Positions 46,975 through 56,854 of a stretch of DNA of 64,000 nucleotides are shown here, in pieces. The notes under the pieces are model-generated. The model made no database searches. It saw only the letters and a program-made list of their open reading frames with translations, and was not told the origin of the DNA. Made by a program: the position numbers and the translations under genes. Source of the DNA: Hyaloraphidium curvatum SAG 235-1. Lineage: Eukaryota > Fungi > Monoblepharomycota. The stretch covers positions 1 to 64,000 of the forward strand of contig JAIVFI010000006.1 in NCBI GenBank assembly GCA_025558095.1, in the 5' to 3' direction. Each line of letters opens with the position of its first letter. The first letter of the stretch is position 1.

Positions 46975-48693
46975 ATGCGTTGGCTCTCTGCCGCACTCCT
47001 ATGCTCCTCCGCATGCCTTCTTGCGGTCAGTGGTGCGGCCGCGTCGCGCCGCCCGCCTCGGCAGGCCCCGGCACCGGTGCCTCCCAGCTACTCCCCGGAC
47101 AATGCCACGGCGGCCGTGTTTGACCTCGTTGCCGGCCCGGACTACGATGCGTCGACGCGGCCGCTCTTTGGCCGGGCGCCGACCGCCGTGCAGGCCCAGC
47201 TGCGCGTGAACCAACTCTACGCGCTCGATCCCGACTCGTCGACCTTCACGATGGACGTGCGGCTCCGTCTCTATTGGAACGACCCGCGCCTCGTCATCCC
47301 GTCGGACTTTCCCTCGGCCAATGGCTCCCATTATCGCCTCCTCGGCATGGTGGAGCTCGGCAATGGCCAGGAGGAGCCGTACCGAATATGGACGCCCGAC
47401 ATATCTTTCTTCAACCACGTCGAGTCCACCCTTCTCGATAGCGTCGTGAAGCTGGATCCTCTTACGGGCAACGTCTTTTGGAGCCGCCACTTCGTGTCCA
47501 AGCTTTCCAACGCATTCTTTTTCGCGGCGTTCCCCTTTGACAAACAGAACCTCACAATGAGGATCACGCCCTTCAGCTACAACAAAGAGCAGATGACCCT
47601 TTCCTTCCGTTCGCCACCGGTTTACCCTGAAATCGACCCCGCGACCTACTCTCAGGGCACATGGGATTTTGACTCGTACTCGATCGGAAAGTACTTCTAC
47701 CCGCAGACGGACGACGGGGTGCTCTTCGAGATGCTGACGTTCAGCATGCTCGTCTCGCGCAAGTCGGGGAGCTATTACATCAAAACGTTCCTGCCTTTGA
47801 TGCTCCTCGTGGCGCTGACCTGCGTCTCGTACTGGCTGTCAGCGGACGCGATCCCGGAACGGCTGGGTCTGACCATCACCTTGGTCCTCACCATCGTGTC
47901 GTTCTACAACTCGACCAGCTTTATGCTGCCGCCCGTCAACTATGCCGTCACTCTCGACTGGTGTGGGTACCTTATCGCTTTTGCTCCGAGTCGGACCGAG
48001 TCGGACCTAACTTGCCAATCTGCAGATGTGTTCGTGGCCTTTCTCGTCTCCTTCTTCTCGCTCGTTGAAGTGGCAATGGTGCACCACCTCGTCCGGCGCC
48101 AGCGGAACCACATCGTCGCTTCGGAGCTGGACTTTTTCTGCCGTCGCTTTGTTCTACCCTTTTGGGCCTTGTTCAACGTCGGGATCCTCGTGCAGCTCCC
48201 TCCTGGCTCCTTCCCCTACGTCTGGCTCGTGTGCGGCATCGTTATGTTCCTGCTTCTCTTCGCCAACGCCTGGCTGGTCGCGTACTACGTCTATAAGCGC
48301 TACGACCTCCGTGTCAAGCTGGAGGCCACCGCGTACGGCAAGGAGAAGCTGGAGGATTACGGGGAGTTTGTCGCCGGTAACGTGGACATCGGCCGCCCGG
48401 GCACGCTCAAGCGGAGCGCGCATGACTTTGTGATCCGATCAACCGAGAGCGTTTTCGACCTTCTGCATATCCCGCGGCCGGGAGGGAAGCAGTTGCGGCG
48501 ACTCGCAACGGATGCGGACGGAGGAGGGACAGAACGAGAAAAGATGGACCGGCTGAGTATAGACGAGGACCTGGAAAAGGCGCGAAGGGCGAAGAGCTCG
48601 TCTGCCTTGCCGGACACCGGTGGGTCTGTGGGATCGAGGGTCAAGAAGAGCATGGCGGATGACGCGGACTTTATGGAGCGAGACGTGGTGTAG
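46975..48693 (+). CDS. Cys-less pentameric ligand-gated ion channel subunit 2, tandem paralog (intron 47963-48025)
   Basis: Same motifs and same intron position as 45021-46762, with many synonymous differences. Confidence 0.92.
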   Translation: MRWLSAALLCSSACLLAVSGAAASRRPPRQAPAPVPPSYSPDNATAAVFDLVAGPDYDASTRPLFGRAPTAVQAQLRVNQLYALDPDSSTFTMDVRLRLYWNDPRLVIPSDFPSANGSHYRLLGMVELGNGQEEPYRIWTPDISFFNHVESTLLDSVVKLDPLTGNVFWSRHFVSKLSNAFFFAAFPFDKQNLTMRITPFSYNKEQMTLSFRSPPVYPEIDPATYSQGTWDFDSYSIGKYFYPQTDDGVLFEMLTFSMLVSRKSGSYYIKTFLPLMLLVALTCVSYWLSADAIPERLGLTITLVLTIVSFYNSTSFMLPPVNYAVTLDWCGYLIAFAPSRTESDLTCQSADVFVAFLVSFFSLVEVAMVHHLVRRQRNHIVASELDFFCRRFVLPFWALFNVGILVQLPPGSFPYVWLVCGIVMFLLLFANAWLVAYYVYKRYDLRVKLEATAYGKEKLEDYGEFVAGNVDIGRPGTLKRSAHDFVIRSTESVFDLLHIPRPGGKQLRRLATDADGGGTEREKMDRLSIDEDLEKARRAKSSSALPDTGGSVGSRVKKSMADDADFMERDVV

Positions 48694-49127
48694 CTTTTGT
48701 TTGTTGGTAGTGATTTACTGCGTTGATCGGATGAAGAGTCATGCAGTGCGCCAACCGGTCTGCGCGGGCTGAAACAGTCCGCCCCAACAGCAGACGGTGC
48801 CACGCCGTTACGCCGGCGTCGACTAGGGAGAGATCCGCAAACTCCCAGGAGCAGGGGAACGTACCGGCGCGCCTCGGCAGCCCGACCTCGGCGGCGGCGA
48901 CCCCGTAGACCAAGACCCCAGACCCGGACCACGCGAGAAGGTACTAACCTGTTGAGCGTTGCCGTTGTTCATGGTTGGCGCGGAGAGTCACGATGACGTT
49001 TTCGGGATCCCGACCCTTGGCTCCTGGTCTCCTGACTCACTCCCAAACGGAACTGATTCAACGGCTCCCTCTCTCCTGGTTACTATTCACAGTCACAAAG
49101 CATTCCTTTCAACGGCATTCTTCCGCT

Positions 49128-51538
49128 ATGCGCCCTGCGATGGGTGCTCCGCTGCCGGTACGGCGAATGCGCCGGGCGCACCCCGACGCGCTCCTGCTCC
49201 TCCTCCTTCTTGCGTCGGCCGTGGTCGCCCCGGCACCGGCGGTGGCCAGCGTGGTCAGCCAAATGACATACTACCCCCATGGTGCTTCTTGCACCGGCGT
49301 GCCGGTCGGCCAGGATCTCGTCGTGGCAGACTCTTGCCCTGCCGCCCGGTGCACCGCCGGGCTCGCCAACTCTCTGCCCAACTGGGACGCTTCGCGCTCG
49401 TGCTGGGCAGACGCCAGCGGGTTCAATCTTGGAAACACAAATGTGGGCCCTTGCGCAGCTTCTACAAGCTTATACTCCTGAGGTGTTCCCCTCAAAAGGC
49501 CACATTCTTGGCTTCCTCATTTTGGACCGGAACCACGAAATGCGACACGTCTGCCATGGTCTATGCCGGTACCGCCACGCTCGCCAACTCGTGCCTGCCT
49601 TCCGGCTCCAACAACGGCTCCATGATCGTCCGTTGCTACGCCAACTACGCCGTCTTTAACTACTTCTCTGATGCTCAATGCACCGTGACGTCTTCACAAA
49701 CGCCACAAGAGATGCCTCTGGCAACCTGTGGGACCTTCTTTGCAACTGCGCGTGAGTAGGCGCCGATGGGCGGTGCATCCAGCACCGAACCTCATCCGTC
49801 CTTACCGGTCTTGACTTCCTCCAGTCAATAGGACCTTGACGCAGTACAGGCTCTGTCTCCGGAACGAGCCCGGCGAGACGATGATCTTCCCCGCAGTGGC
49901 TTCGCCCTCGCCCCCGCCCCCGCCGCCTCCGCCCGAGGGGCCTCCTGTCGGTGCCATCGTCGGGGGCGTCGTGGGCGGACTAGCGGCAATCGGCTTGCTT
50001 GCCGGCTTCCTCATCTGGCGCCGGAAGCATAGCCGGACAGTGGAGGCGAAAGACCCTTCCTACCATTCATCTTCGCCCCAAGTCTCCTCATTGAAGGCCA
50101 CCCCCTTGGACTCTCACAAAAACACCTTCGTGCCCGTTGCCGTGCAGGAAGCTTATCTTCCAACCCCTACTCCGGCCGTGATCGAGATCGCGGGGCCCGG
50201 GAAGCCATCCGTCCCTTGGAATGAAGCTGCCATGGAACTCGCTGGGGCTCCCGTCAGGCAAAAAGCGCAGGTGCCCTACCTGGAGGTTGCAATGCACGCA
50301 GTGACCCCTGCAGCAGCATCTGCGACCTCATTGGAGACGACCCTGGCAGCGGATCACAGCGACGGGGCTGCACATCACGACGTCAGGCCGCCTGTGCCCC
50401 TGCCGGCTCCACCATCTGAAGATATCACGGACGCATCGGCCGCATCGGCCTCACCAAACGTTCTAGCCGGCTCAGCTGCTTCGGCGGCATCGGCACCCGC
50501 CGTCGTTGTTGCTTCCGCCTCTGCCGAAAAAGCCCCACATGCCCACCCCATCCGCTCCTCTACCGATCCCGCTTCTTCTGGCTCTCCCCCTCAACCTCCG
50601 CACGTCTCCAAGCTCCTCGTGGCCGCATCGGAGATCACTATTCTCCGCGACAAGAAGATCGGCGAGGGCAGCTTCGGCGTGGTCCACCAGGGCCTGCTGC
50701 ATGGCAACATCCCCGTGGCCGTCAAGTCCCTCAAGGGAGACGCGGACAGCAAAGTGCTAAAGGCTTTCTTCCGGGAGGTCGGGACGTGGGAAGGGTTGGT
50801 GCAAAGAAACGGTACGGGATTACGGTGCGGAGAAGCCCGAGTTCCTGCTCACGAACTGTCGGACCGCCAGTCCTGCCCCTCATGGCCTACTGCGCCGACC
50901 CGCCCATGATGGTCACGGACTACTGTCCGGACGGCAACCTGCGCAAGTTCCTTGACTCCCGCTCCTGGCCGCAGGACCTCGGCCTGCGCCTCCTCCTCGA
51001 CGTCGCGAGGGGGATGGTCTACCTCCACGGCCTCGGCATCCTCCACGGCGATCTCAAGTCGCTCAACGTGCTGGTCGACTCGGGAAAGGCTCTAATCGCG
51101 GACTTTGGCCTCTCCAAGGTCCGCTCCGAGGTCGGCCGATCCACCGCCGGCACCGTCGGCGGCCCGGTCTCGGGGACGCCCGGGTTCCTCGCGCCAGAGC
51201 TGGTGGGCGGCTCGGCGCTGCATAAGCCCGCGGACGTGTACGCTTTCGGGATGGTGTGCTACGAGGTCGCCAGCAAGGGACGCTTTCCGTTCGAGGAGCT
51301 GATGAACCCGGCTTTGGTGGGCGCCTCCATCGTGGTTGCCAGTGCGCACCTGATCGATTCCGTTCCGTGCGCGCAGGTCCTCTACAACGTCGCCGTGAAG
51401 GGTGTCCGTCCCGAGAGGCCCGACGGGGTACCGGATGCACTTTGGCACCTCATGGAGCGGTGCTGGGACCAGGACCCGAAGAAGAGGCCAGCCTTCGGCG
51501 AGGTCGCGGACGAATTAGCCAAGATCGTGGGTTCCTAA
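49128..51538 (+). CDS. Single-pass receptor-like TKL kinase RLK2, paralog of 1076-3376
   Basis: Signal-like ALLLLLLLASAVVAPAPAVA, then SVVSQMTYYP...Cys-rich ectodomain, poly-Pro, TM GAIVGGVVGGLAAIGLLAGFLIW followed by RRK. Kinase motifs are GEGSFG, HGDLKSLN, DFG and APE. Intron positions match RLK1. An alternative ATG is at 49140. Confidence 0.9.
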
Positions 51539-51570
51539 GGCAAAGCTGGAAAAGATTACAAGAGCTCTAG

Positions 51571-52998
51571 CTAGCTCCGCCGTAAGCGAAAGCAGGGAGA
51601 ACACGAATCGCCGTCCTCGCTCTCTGTTTCGTCTGCATCGAGGGCAGCCGAAAGCTCTGCCAGACTCGTCAGGTCGTCGTTCCGCGGCCCATGCCCAAAG
51701 ACGAACACGCGCGTGCGTTCAAGTGCTCCGATCTCCCTCCAGACATTGAGGTCGCGAATCAATGCACGCCAGTCTGAAGTGGTCCAATCCCGGCCGCCCA
51801 TGCAGAGAAGAAGGTCGATCCTCGGGGTGATCATCGGATACTGATTGAGCAGCCTGATCCGCAATCTCTTGAGGTCAGCACCCCTGCGACCGAAAGCATT
51901 CAGGCTCGAGATCGATAGCTTCCGAAGGAAGGGCGGCAATTGGATCATTCCGATCTCGTCAGGTGTCACGTAGTCGTCGTGAATGCCCAGCTCCTCGACC
52001 CAAGAGAAGGCGGTAAGCAGGTCCTCAACCATGCCCAGAACGAGCTCGTGCGCAGGACGCCCGTAGAGCTCAAGATGTCCTGGCCTGAAGCTTTCCAAAC
52101 CGGCGACGTTCCGAAGTTCGGCAAGTGAGGAGATCTTCCATGATGCCGTAGCGGCCTGGAGCCTCCTCGGAAGCTGAGCCGCCGGAATGTTGCTCATGAA
52201 AGGCCAAAACAACCACCAAATCTTCTGGAGGAGAGGTGCAGCATTGTCTATGGCTTCCACGGGCTGCAAGTGAATCTCCGGCGTTGAGTAATGCAGGCGC
52301 TCGAGAGCCGGGAGAGTTGGGAAACGCCTGAACGGTACAGATACCGGGGCCAACAGCACATAAAGCCACAGGTCTTTGAGCGATCTCGTGTCCGAGGTCG
52401 CGAAGGCTTCCGCGCTTATGGGCGAACATACCAAGAACTTGAGCTTGGTCGGAGACAGCTGACGAAGCACGCGGGACGCGACTTGGTCCCGCAGAAGATC
52501 GGCATCGCTCTCCATGATCATATGCGCGACCCCGTCAAAGTCCTTGATCAGGACCAGGGCCCCATTCCTCTCCATCGCGTCGACGGTCTCGACCATGCGC
52601 TCAGGCTTCAGCCAGAAAAGACGGAAGCGCGACATGAAGTGCGGCAATAAGAGCGCCTGCATCCGCTTCGAGCACAGCATCATCTCCCGTAAGCCTCTTG
52701 AGCCCGGCTCCAGGTGCGAGCCCACGGCGAGCAGCAGTTCCGGCGGACGCCTCGGGCGGCCGGCGGGGACGCCTTCGCGAGAGCGCGAGCCCGCGGGGCG
52801 CACTCCTGCGAGGGCGACTAGGAGCCAGCTACTCGACTCGCTCGGTTGAGAAGGCGGCCGAGGAGAGCTGCGACCCAGCGGTCGCAGGAGAATCGGACGC
52901 GCGTCGGCGCAGGCGGCCGAGTTCTGCGGGTCCCGCGCAATCTCCTTCGGCAACGCGGCGGCGGGCGGGCACGCAGTTTCCCACTGGTTAAGATCCAA
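51571..52998 (-). CDS. F-box-like protein with degenerate LRR-like C-terminus (start uncertain; first ATG 52683)
   Basis: PPELLLAVGSHL...LREMMLCSKRMQALLLP resembles an F-box. LPALERLHY and LPPFLRKLSI resemble degenerate LRRs. The stop-free frame is long and lower in GC. Confidence 0.45.
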   Translation of the reverse strand: MDLNQWETACPPAAALPKEIARDPQNSAACADARPILLRPLGRSSPRPPSQPSESSSWLLVALAGVRPAGSRSREGVPAGRPRRPPELLLAVGSHLEPGSRGLREMMLCSKRMQALLLPHFMSRFRLFWLKPERMVETVDAMERNGALVLIKDFDGVAHMIMESDADLLRDQVASRVLRQLSPTKLKFLVCSPISAEAFATSDTRSLKDLWLYVLLAPVSVPFRRFPTLPALERLHYSTPEIHLQPVEAIDNAAPLLQKIWWLFWPFMSNIPAAQLPRRLQAATASWKISSLAELRNVAGLESFRPGHLELYGRPAHELVLGMVEDLLTAFSWVEELGIHDDYVTPDEIGMIQLPPFLRKLSISSLNAFGRRGADLKRLRIRLLNQYPMITPRIDLLLCMGGRDWTTSDWRALIRDLNVWREIGALERTRVFVFGHGPRNDDLTSLAELSAALDADETESEDGDSCSPCFRLRRS

Positions 52999-53145
52999 CG
53001 AGAACCAGGTTGTCGGCGAAGCAGATTGTTGGGATGGCCAGACGTGGTCGACTCATCAGACGATTCACAGTCACTGTAAGAGCCAGAGCTTCCTACTCTA
53101 CATTCCCAAGTCTCTAAGCTACGTTTCATCTCCAAAGTGTTTTCC

Positions 53146-54824
53146 TCATCCCACCGTCCTGATCGCCCCCGGCTCGAACGCCTCCCAGCTGTTCCTCAGC
53201 ACGACCTCGAACTCCCCCAGCATCTCCGCCGCCACCCCCGCCGCCGCATCTTTCCCCAGCACCGTCAGCTTGCGAGCCTTGCCGATCCACGCGGGCTCCT
53301 CCGTGACCCCGGCGGCGCGGCGCGCGTGCAGATCGGCGATCGCGGATTCGGGGGCGTGGAGGACGGCGTGCAAGGCCGAGTGCCGGAGCATGAGACGTTG
53401 CCTAGACGGTGGAATTAGACCGACGCACGGCGGGGAAGGAGACGCAAGTGTACCATTGCACTTCGATGTAGAAGATCTGCGGCTATCGATGAGTTCGTGA
53501 CGTGCGATCGGAGAGGAAGGCTCACCCCATCGTCCCAGCTCGCGCCGAGTACCTTGTCGATCTGCAAGAGCATGATCAGACCGAAACAGTAACCGAAGAC
53601 GAGCAGCGATCGCACCTTGGCCCCAGGCGGCTCCGTCCGGGTCGGGTACTTTGGCTCGTAGACTTCCCACGAGTTGCACCTGTGGGCGAGAACGATTGGA
53701 TTGCGGCTTGGTTAGCAACGAATCAGCACGCGCACCGCATTTGCGCCCACCAGAGCACCAGGTACTCGTCCTCCTTTGCCTCCAGCAGCCTCGCCACCTT
53801 CCACACCTCCACCGCCTCCATCTGCGCCCCCAACCCCGCGGCCTCCTCTTCCTCCGGATCCCAGAGCGCGAACCCCCTCTCCTTCCTCCTCGGCCTCCTT
53901 GCCGTGAACGCGTCGACTTGCGCCTGCGCGGCGGGGTCCCGCGCGAGGATGGAGGGGAGGGCGTGCCACGTAGGGTGCCACATGATCTCGAGCTGGAGCT
54001 GCTGCGGGGACGTGAGCGGAGGAGAGGGTGGGAGGGTCGCCCGGGCGGGACGTACGCCGGATCTCCAGCGGCTCCCGATGACGTCCTTCATCTGCGGTAA
54101 GCCGAGTCAGGGACGGCGAAGCGTGGCTGGAGGGTGTCGAACTCACGAGGCGGTCGCCGATGGGGATCGGGAGCGGCTCCTTCTTGGGCTCTTCGATCTT
54201 GACTGCGGTCTCGGCGGGCTTTTTGGACGTGCGGCGCCTCTTCTTGGCCGACCCCTCGTCCTGCTGCACAGCCTCGGTGGCTCCGGTGTCGAGCTTCAAC
54301 ACGACAGGCCGGGCCTTTTTCGTGTCGTCAGCTGGCACGTCGGGCAGCGGATCGTCGTCGGCGATGGTGCCCGCGATGGTGTCGACCGACGGCGCCCGAG
54401 CGCTGGCTTCCGGCTGCGCACTTCCCGCCGCGGGGCCCAAGGCTGGCGGCGGCTGCACCGGCGGAAAGGGCGCCACAGTGATCACGGGCACGACGGGCGT
54501 GGGGGGCGGGGAGAGCTGCTGCGTGGCCTTCGGTGCCACGTAAGCGGGGCCCGCAAGTTCCGCGGGTTGCCCCGGCCCCGTCCCTGCCCCGAGTGCCGCT
54601 ACGACCTCCTTGGCAAGCCGCTCGACATGCACTCCACGCAGATAGGCGTCGCTTTTGAGCTCTCCGAGGCGGCACGCGTGCTCAGCGAGCTCCTTCAAGC
54701 GCGACGCGGGGAGCTCCAGAAGCGCAGGCCGGAGCGCCCGGGCGTTGGCCGCCGCACCGCTCAGCGCGAAGGCGATCTGCTTGGCCAACGCGGCGGGGTC
54801 GGTAGAGTCGCCGATAGCCTTCAT
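53146..54824 (-). CDS. Multi-exon protein with Pro/Lys-rich linker and ~4 chromodomain-like segments
   Basis: The inferred splice product contains MKDVIGSRWRSG|LQLEIMWHPTW, VWKVARLLEAKEDEYLVLW|CNSWE, IDKVLGASWDDG|IFYIEVQW and FEVVLRNSWE. It also has an NLS-like KKRRR. Confidence 0.5.
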
Positions 54825-55145
54825 CGCGCGGTGTGGGTGGGGAACGGAGGACGCCTCAGTGGACTCTACGCGCCGCACCCATCAAGACGAGACTTTGGAA
54901 ATTCGCATCCTCAACAACCAATCAAGAAGGATACAAGTAGCTTGCGTATTCCCTAGTCTAGATACAATACTCATGATGGAGCAAGCTGTTACGGTCGTCT
55001 TGAAGTCGGCTCTCGAGATGAGTCGGGTGGACTCGAGTGCCTACTGCGCCACGACTCTGCCGCACTCCACAACGACCCCCGACTTTAGCGGCAGTGAGGA
55101 CCCGCAACCCCCGGATCTCCCGCGGCCACAACGCTATTGACCGCG

Positions 55146-56417
55146 ATGACCGGCCCCGGGGTCCCAACGGCGTGGAATCGTCCGGGTTCCCCACCAAGAC
55201 CCCGTGACAGCCTGCGCCGCAGCGGCACCCTGAGCCGCTCCGCACCGACATTCGGCGGCCCTTTGGCCGCAACCTGGCGCCCCATACGAGCAACGGCGTC
55301 TTTATTGGCCATCGCTTGGTGTCTAGCGGCCCCGATTCCGGCGGCCGACGCCCAGCTCGCGCCCAACATAATCAACGGCACCCCGGCCCCGGGACGGACA
55401 TACCCCTTCATGGCCGCCCTGCAGTACCACATGCCCGCCGACGGACTCGACCGCCAGATCTTCTGCGGCGGCACCATGATCGCGCCCAACCTGGTGCTGA
55501 CCGCGGCGCACTGCACGACCGGCCAGGTCGCCGCCAACATCCGCGTGTCGTCGCGGCGGCGGGACATCACCCTGGCCTCGAACGACCCGCGGGAGATCGC
55601 CGAGACGGGCGGCGGGATCGACTTTGAAGTGCTTTCCTTCCATGTGCACCCCGGTTTCGATCCGAACGCCGTCAACCAGCGGTACCGCAACGATGCCGCC
55701 GTCTGGGTGGTCAAACCCCTCCTCCCCCTCTCCTACGACCCCACTTTTCGCGCCTCGGACGTGCCCACCGTCTCCCTTTCCGCTGTGCGCAACCGCAACC
55801 CGCCCGCCGGCACCCTGGTCCGCGCGCTGGGCTGGGGCGTCACGGACAACGATGCCCACGAACCCTCGGCGCTCTTGCGCTACAACCAGATGAACACCAC
55901 CACCCTCTCGTACTGCGCCACCCAGCTGGCCGCCGTGCTCAACTACACCGTCGTCTGCGCGCTCGGCGTCGGGACCGACACGTGCTACGGCGACTCGGGC
56001 GGCCCCCTGGTGGTGCCCAGCGCCCCCGAGGACTGCTCCCTGGGGCGGACCAACTGCGGGGCGTCGCAATGGACGCAGGTGGGCATCACCAGCTGGGGCC
56101 CCAACATCTGCGCGGCGGCGCGGCAGCCGGGGGTGTACACCTCGGTGGCGTGGTTCGCGGACTGGATCGAGGGGATCGCGGCCGCGAATCCCGTGGAAAG
56201 GGGGCTCGCGACTACGCGGAGGAGGACGACGAGCGCGAGGCGGTCGACGAGCAAAAGGAGATCGACGTCGAGGAGAAAGACGACGTCGAGGAGAAAGACG
56301 ACGTCGAGGAGGCGGAGATCGACGACCCGGAAGCGGATCACGACGCGGAGGAGGCGCACCACCTCGCGTAGGCGGGCGACGTCGGCCGTCCGGAAGAGCA
56401 CGACTCGACGGACTTGA
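55146..56417 (+). CDS. Secreted trypsin-like serine protease (S1A) with polybasic Arg/Thr/Ser C-terminal tail; intronless
   Basis: Motifs IINGTPA, FCGG, LTAAHC, ND(A)A, DTCYGDSGGP (Asp189-type S1 pocket), GITSWG and PGVYT. Confidence 0.92.
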   Translation: MTGPGVPTAWNRPGSPPRPRDSLRRSGTLSRSAPTFGGPLAATWRPIRATASLLAIAWCLAAPIPAADAQLAPNIINGTPAPGRTYPFMAALQYHMPADGLDRQIFCGGTMIAPNLVLTAAHCTTGQVAANIRVSSRRRDITLASNDPREIAETGGGIDFEVLSFHVHPGFDPNAVNQRYRNDAAVWVVKPLLPLSYDPTFRASDVPTVSLSAVRNRNPPAGTLVRALGWGVTDNDAHEPSALLRYNQMNTTTLSYCATQLAAVLNYTVVCALGVGTDTCYGDSGGPLVVPSAPEDCSLGRTNCGASQWTQVGITSWGPNICAAARQPGVYTSVAWFADWIEGIAAANPVERGLATTRRRTTSARRSTSKRRSTSRRKTTSRRKTTSRRRRSTTRKRITTRRRRTTSRRRATSAVRKSTTRRT

Positions 56418-56854
56418 GTTGTACTTGAGTTAGCTACTTATCGTTCTACTCGTGGTCCGTGAACCCAAGACTATCTCCAGCCCAACGAGCCCGCTTCGGA
56501 TGGACATCTTCCCGTCCGATGTCACTTGTTTCCCATTGGTTAGCCGTCCGTGTTATGTGGAAGCCCTCGGCTACATTCGGCGCCGAGAAGGAGCGCCTTG
56601 GGCGACGGCTGGAGCTACGTCGTCCGCCACATTCCTCTGCCTCCCAACCCACGATGGCGACCGGTGAGCAGCCTTAAGCGCCGCCAGCACCGTCTATGAA
56701 CCGCAATTGACGCCGACGCCGTGTCCTTTGCCCCACTTCTCCCGCGCTCGCCCCGGTTCGCGGCCTTGCCACCGGCTCCCCCCGTCTCCCTCCGGTCTCC
56801 CCCCTCTCCCCAGCCTCTCCCGCCCGCATCGAGCAGCAGCACGCGCTGCTGCCC

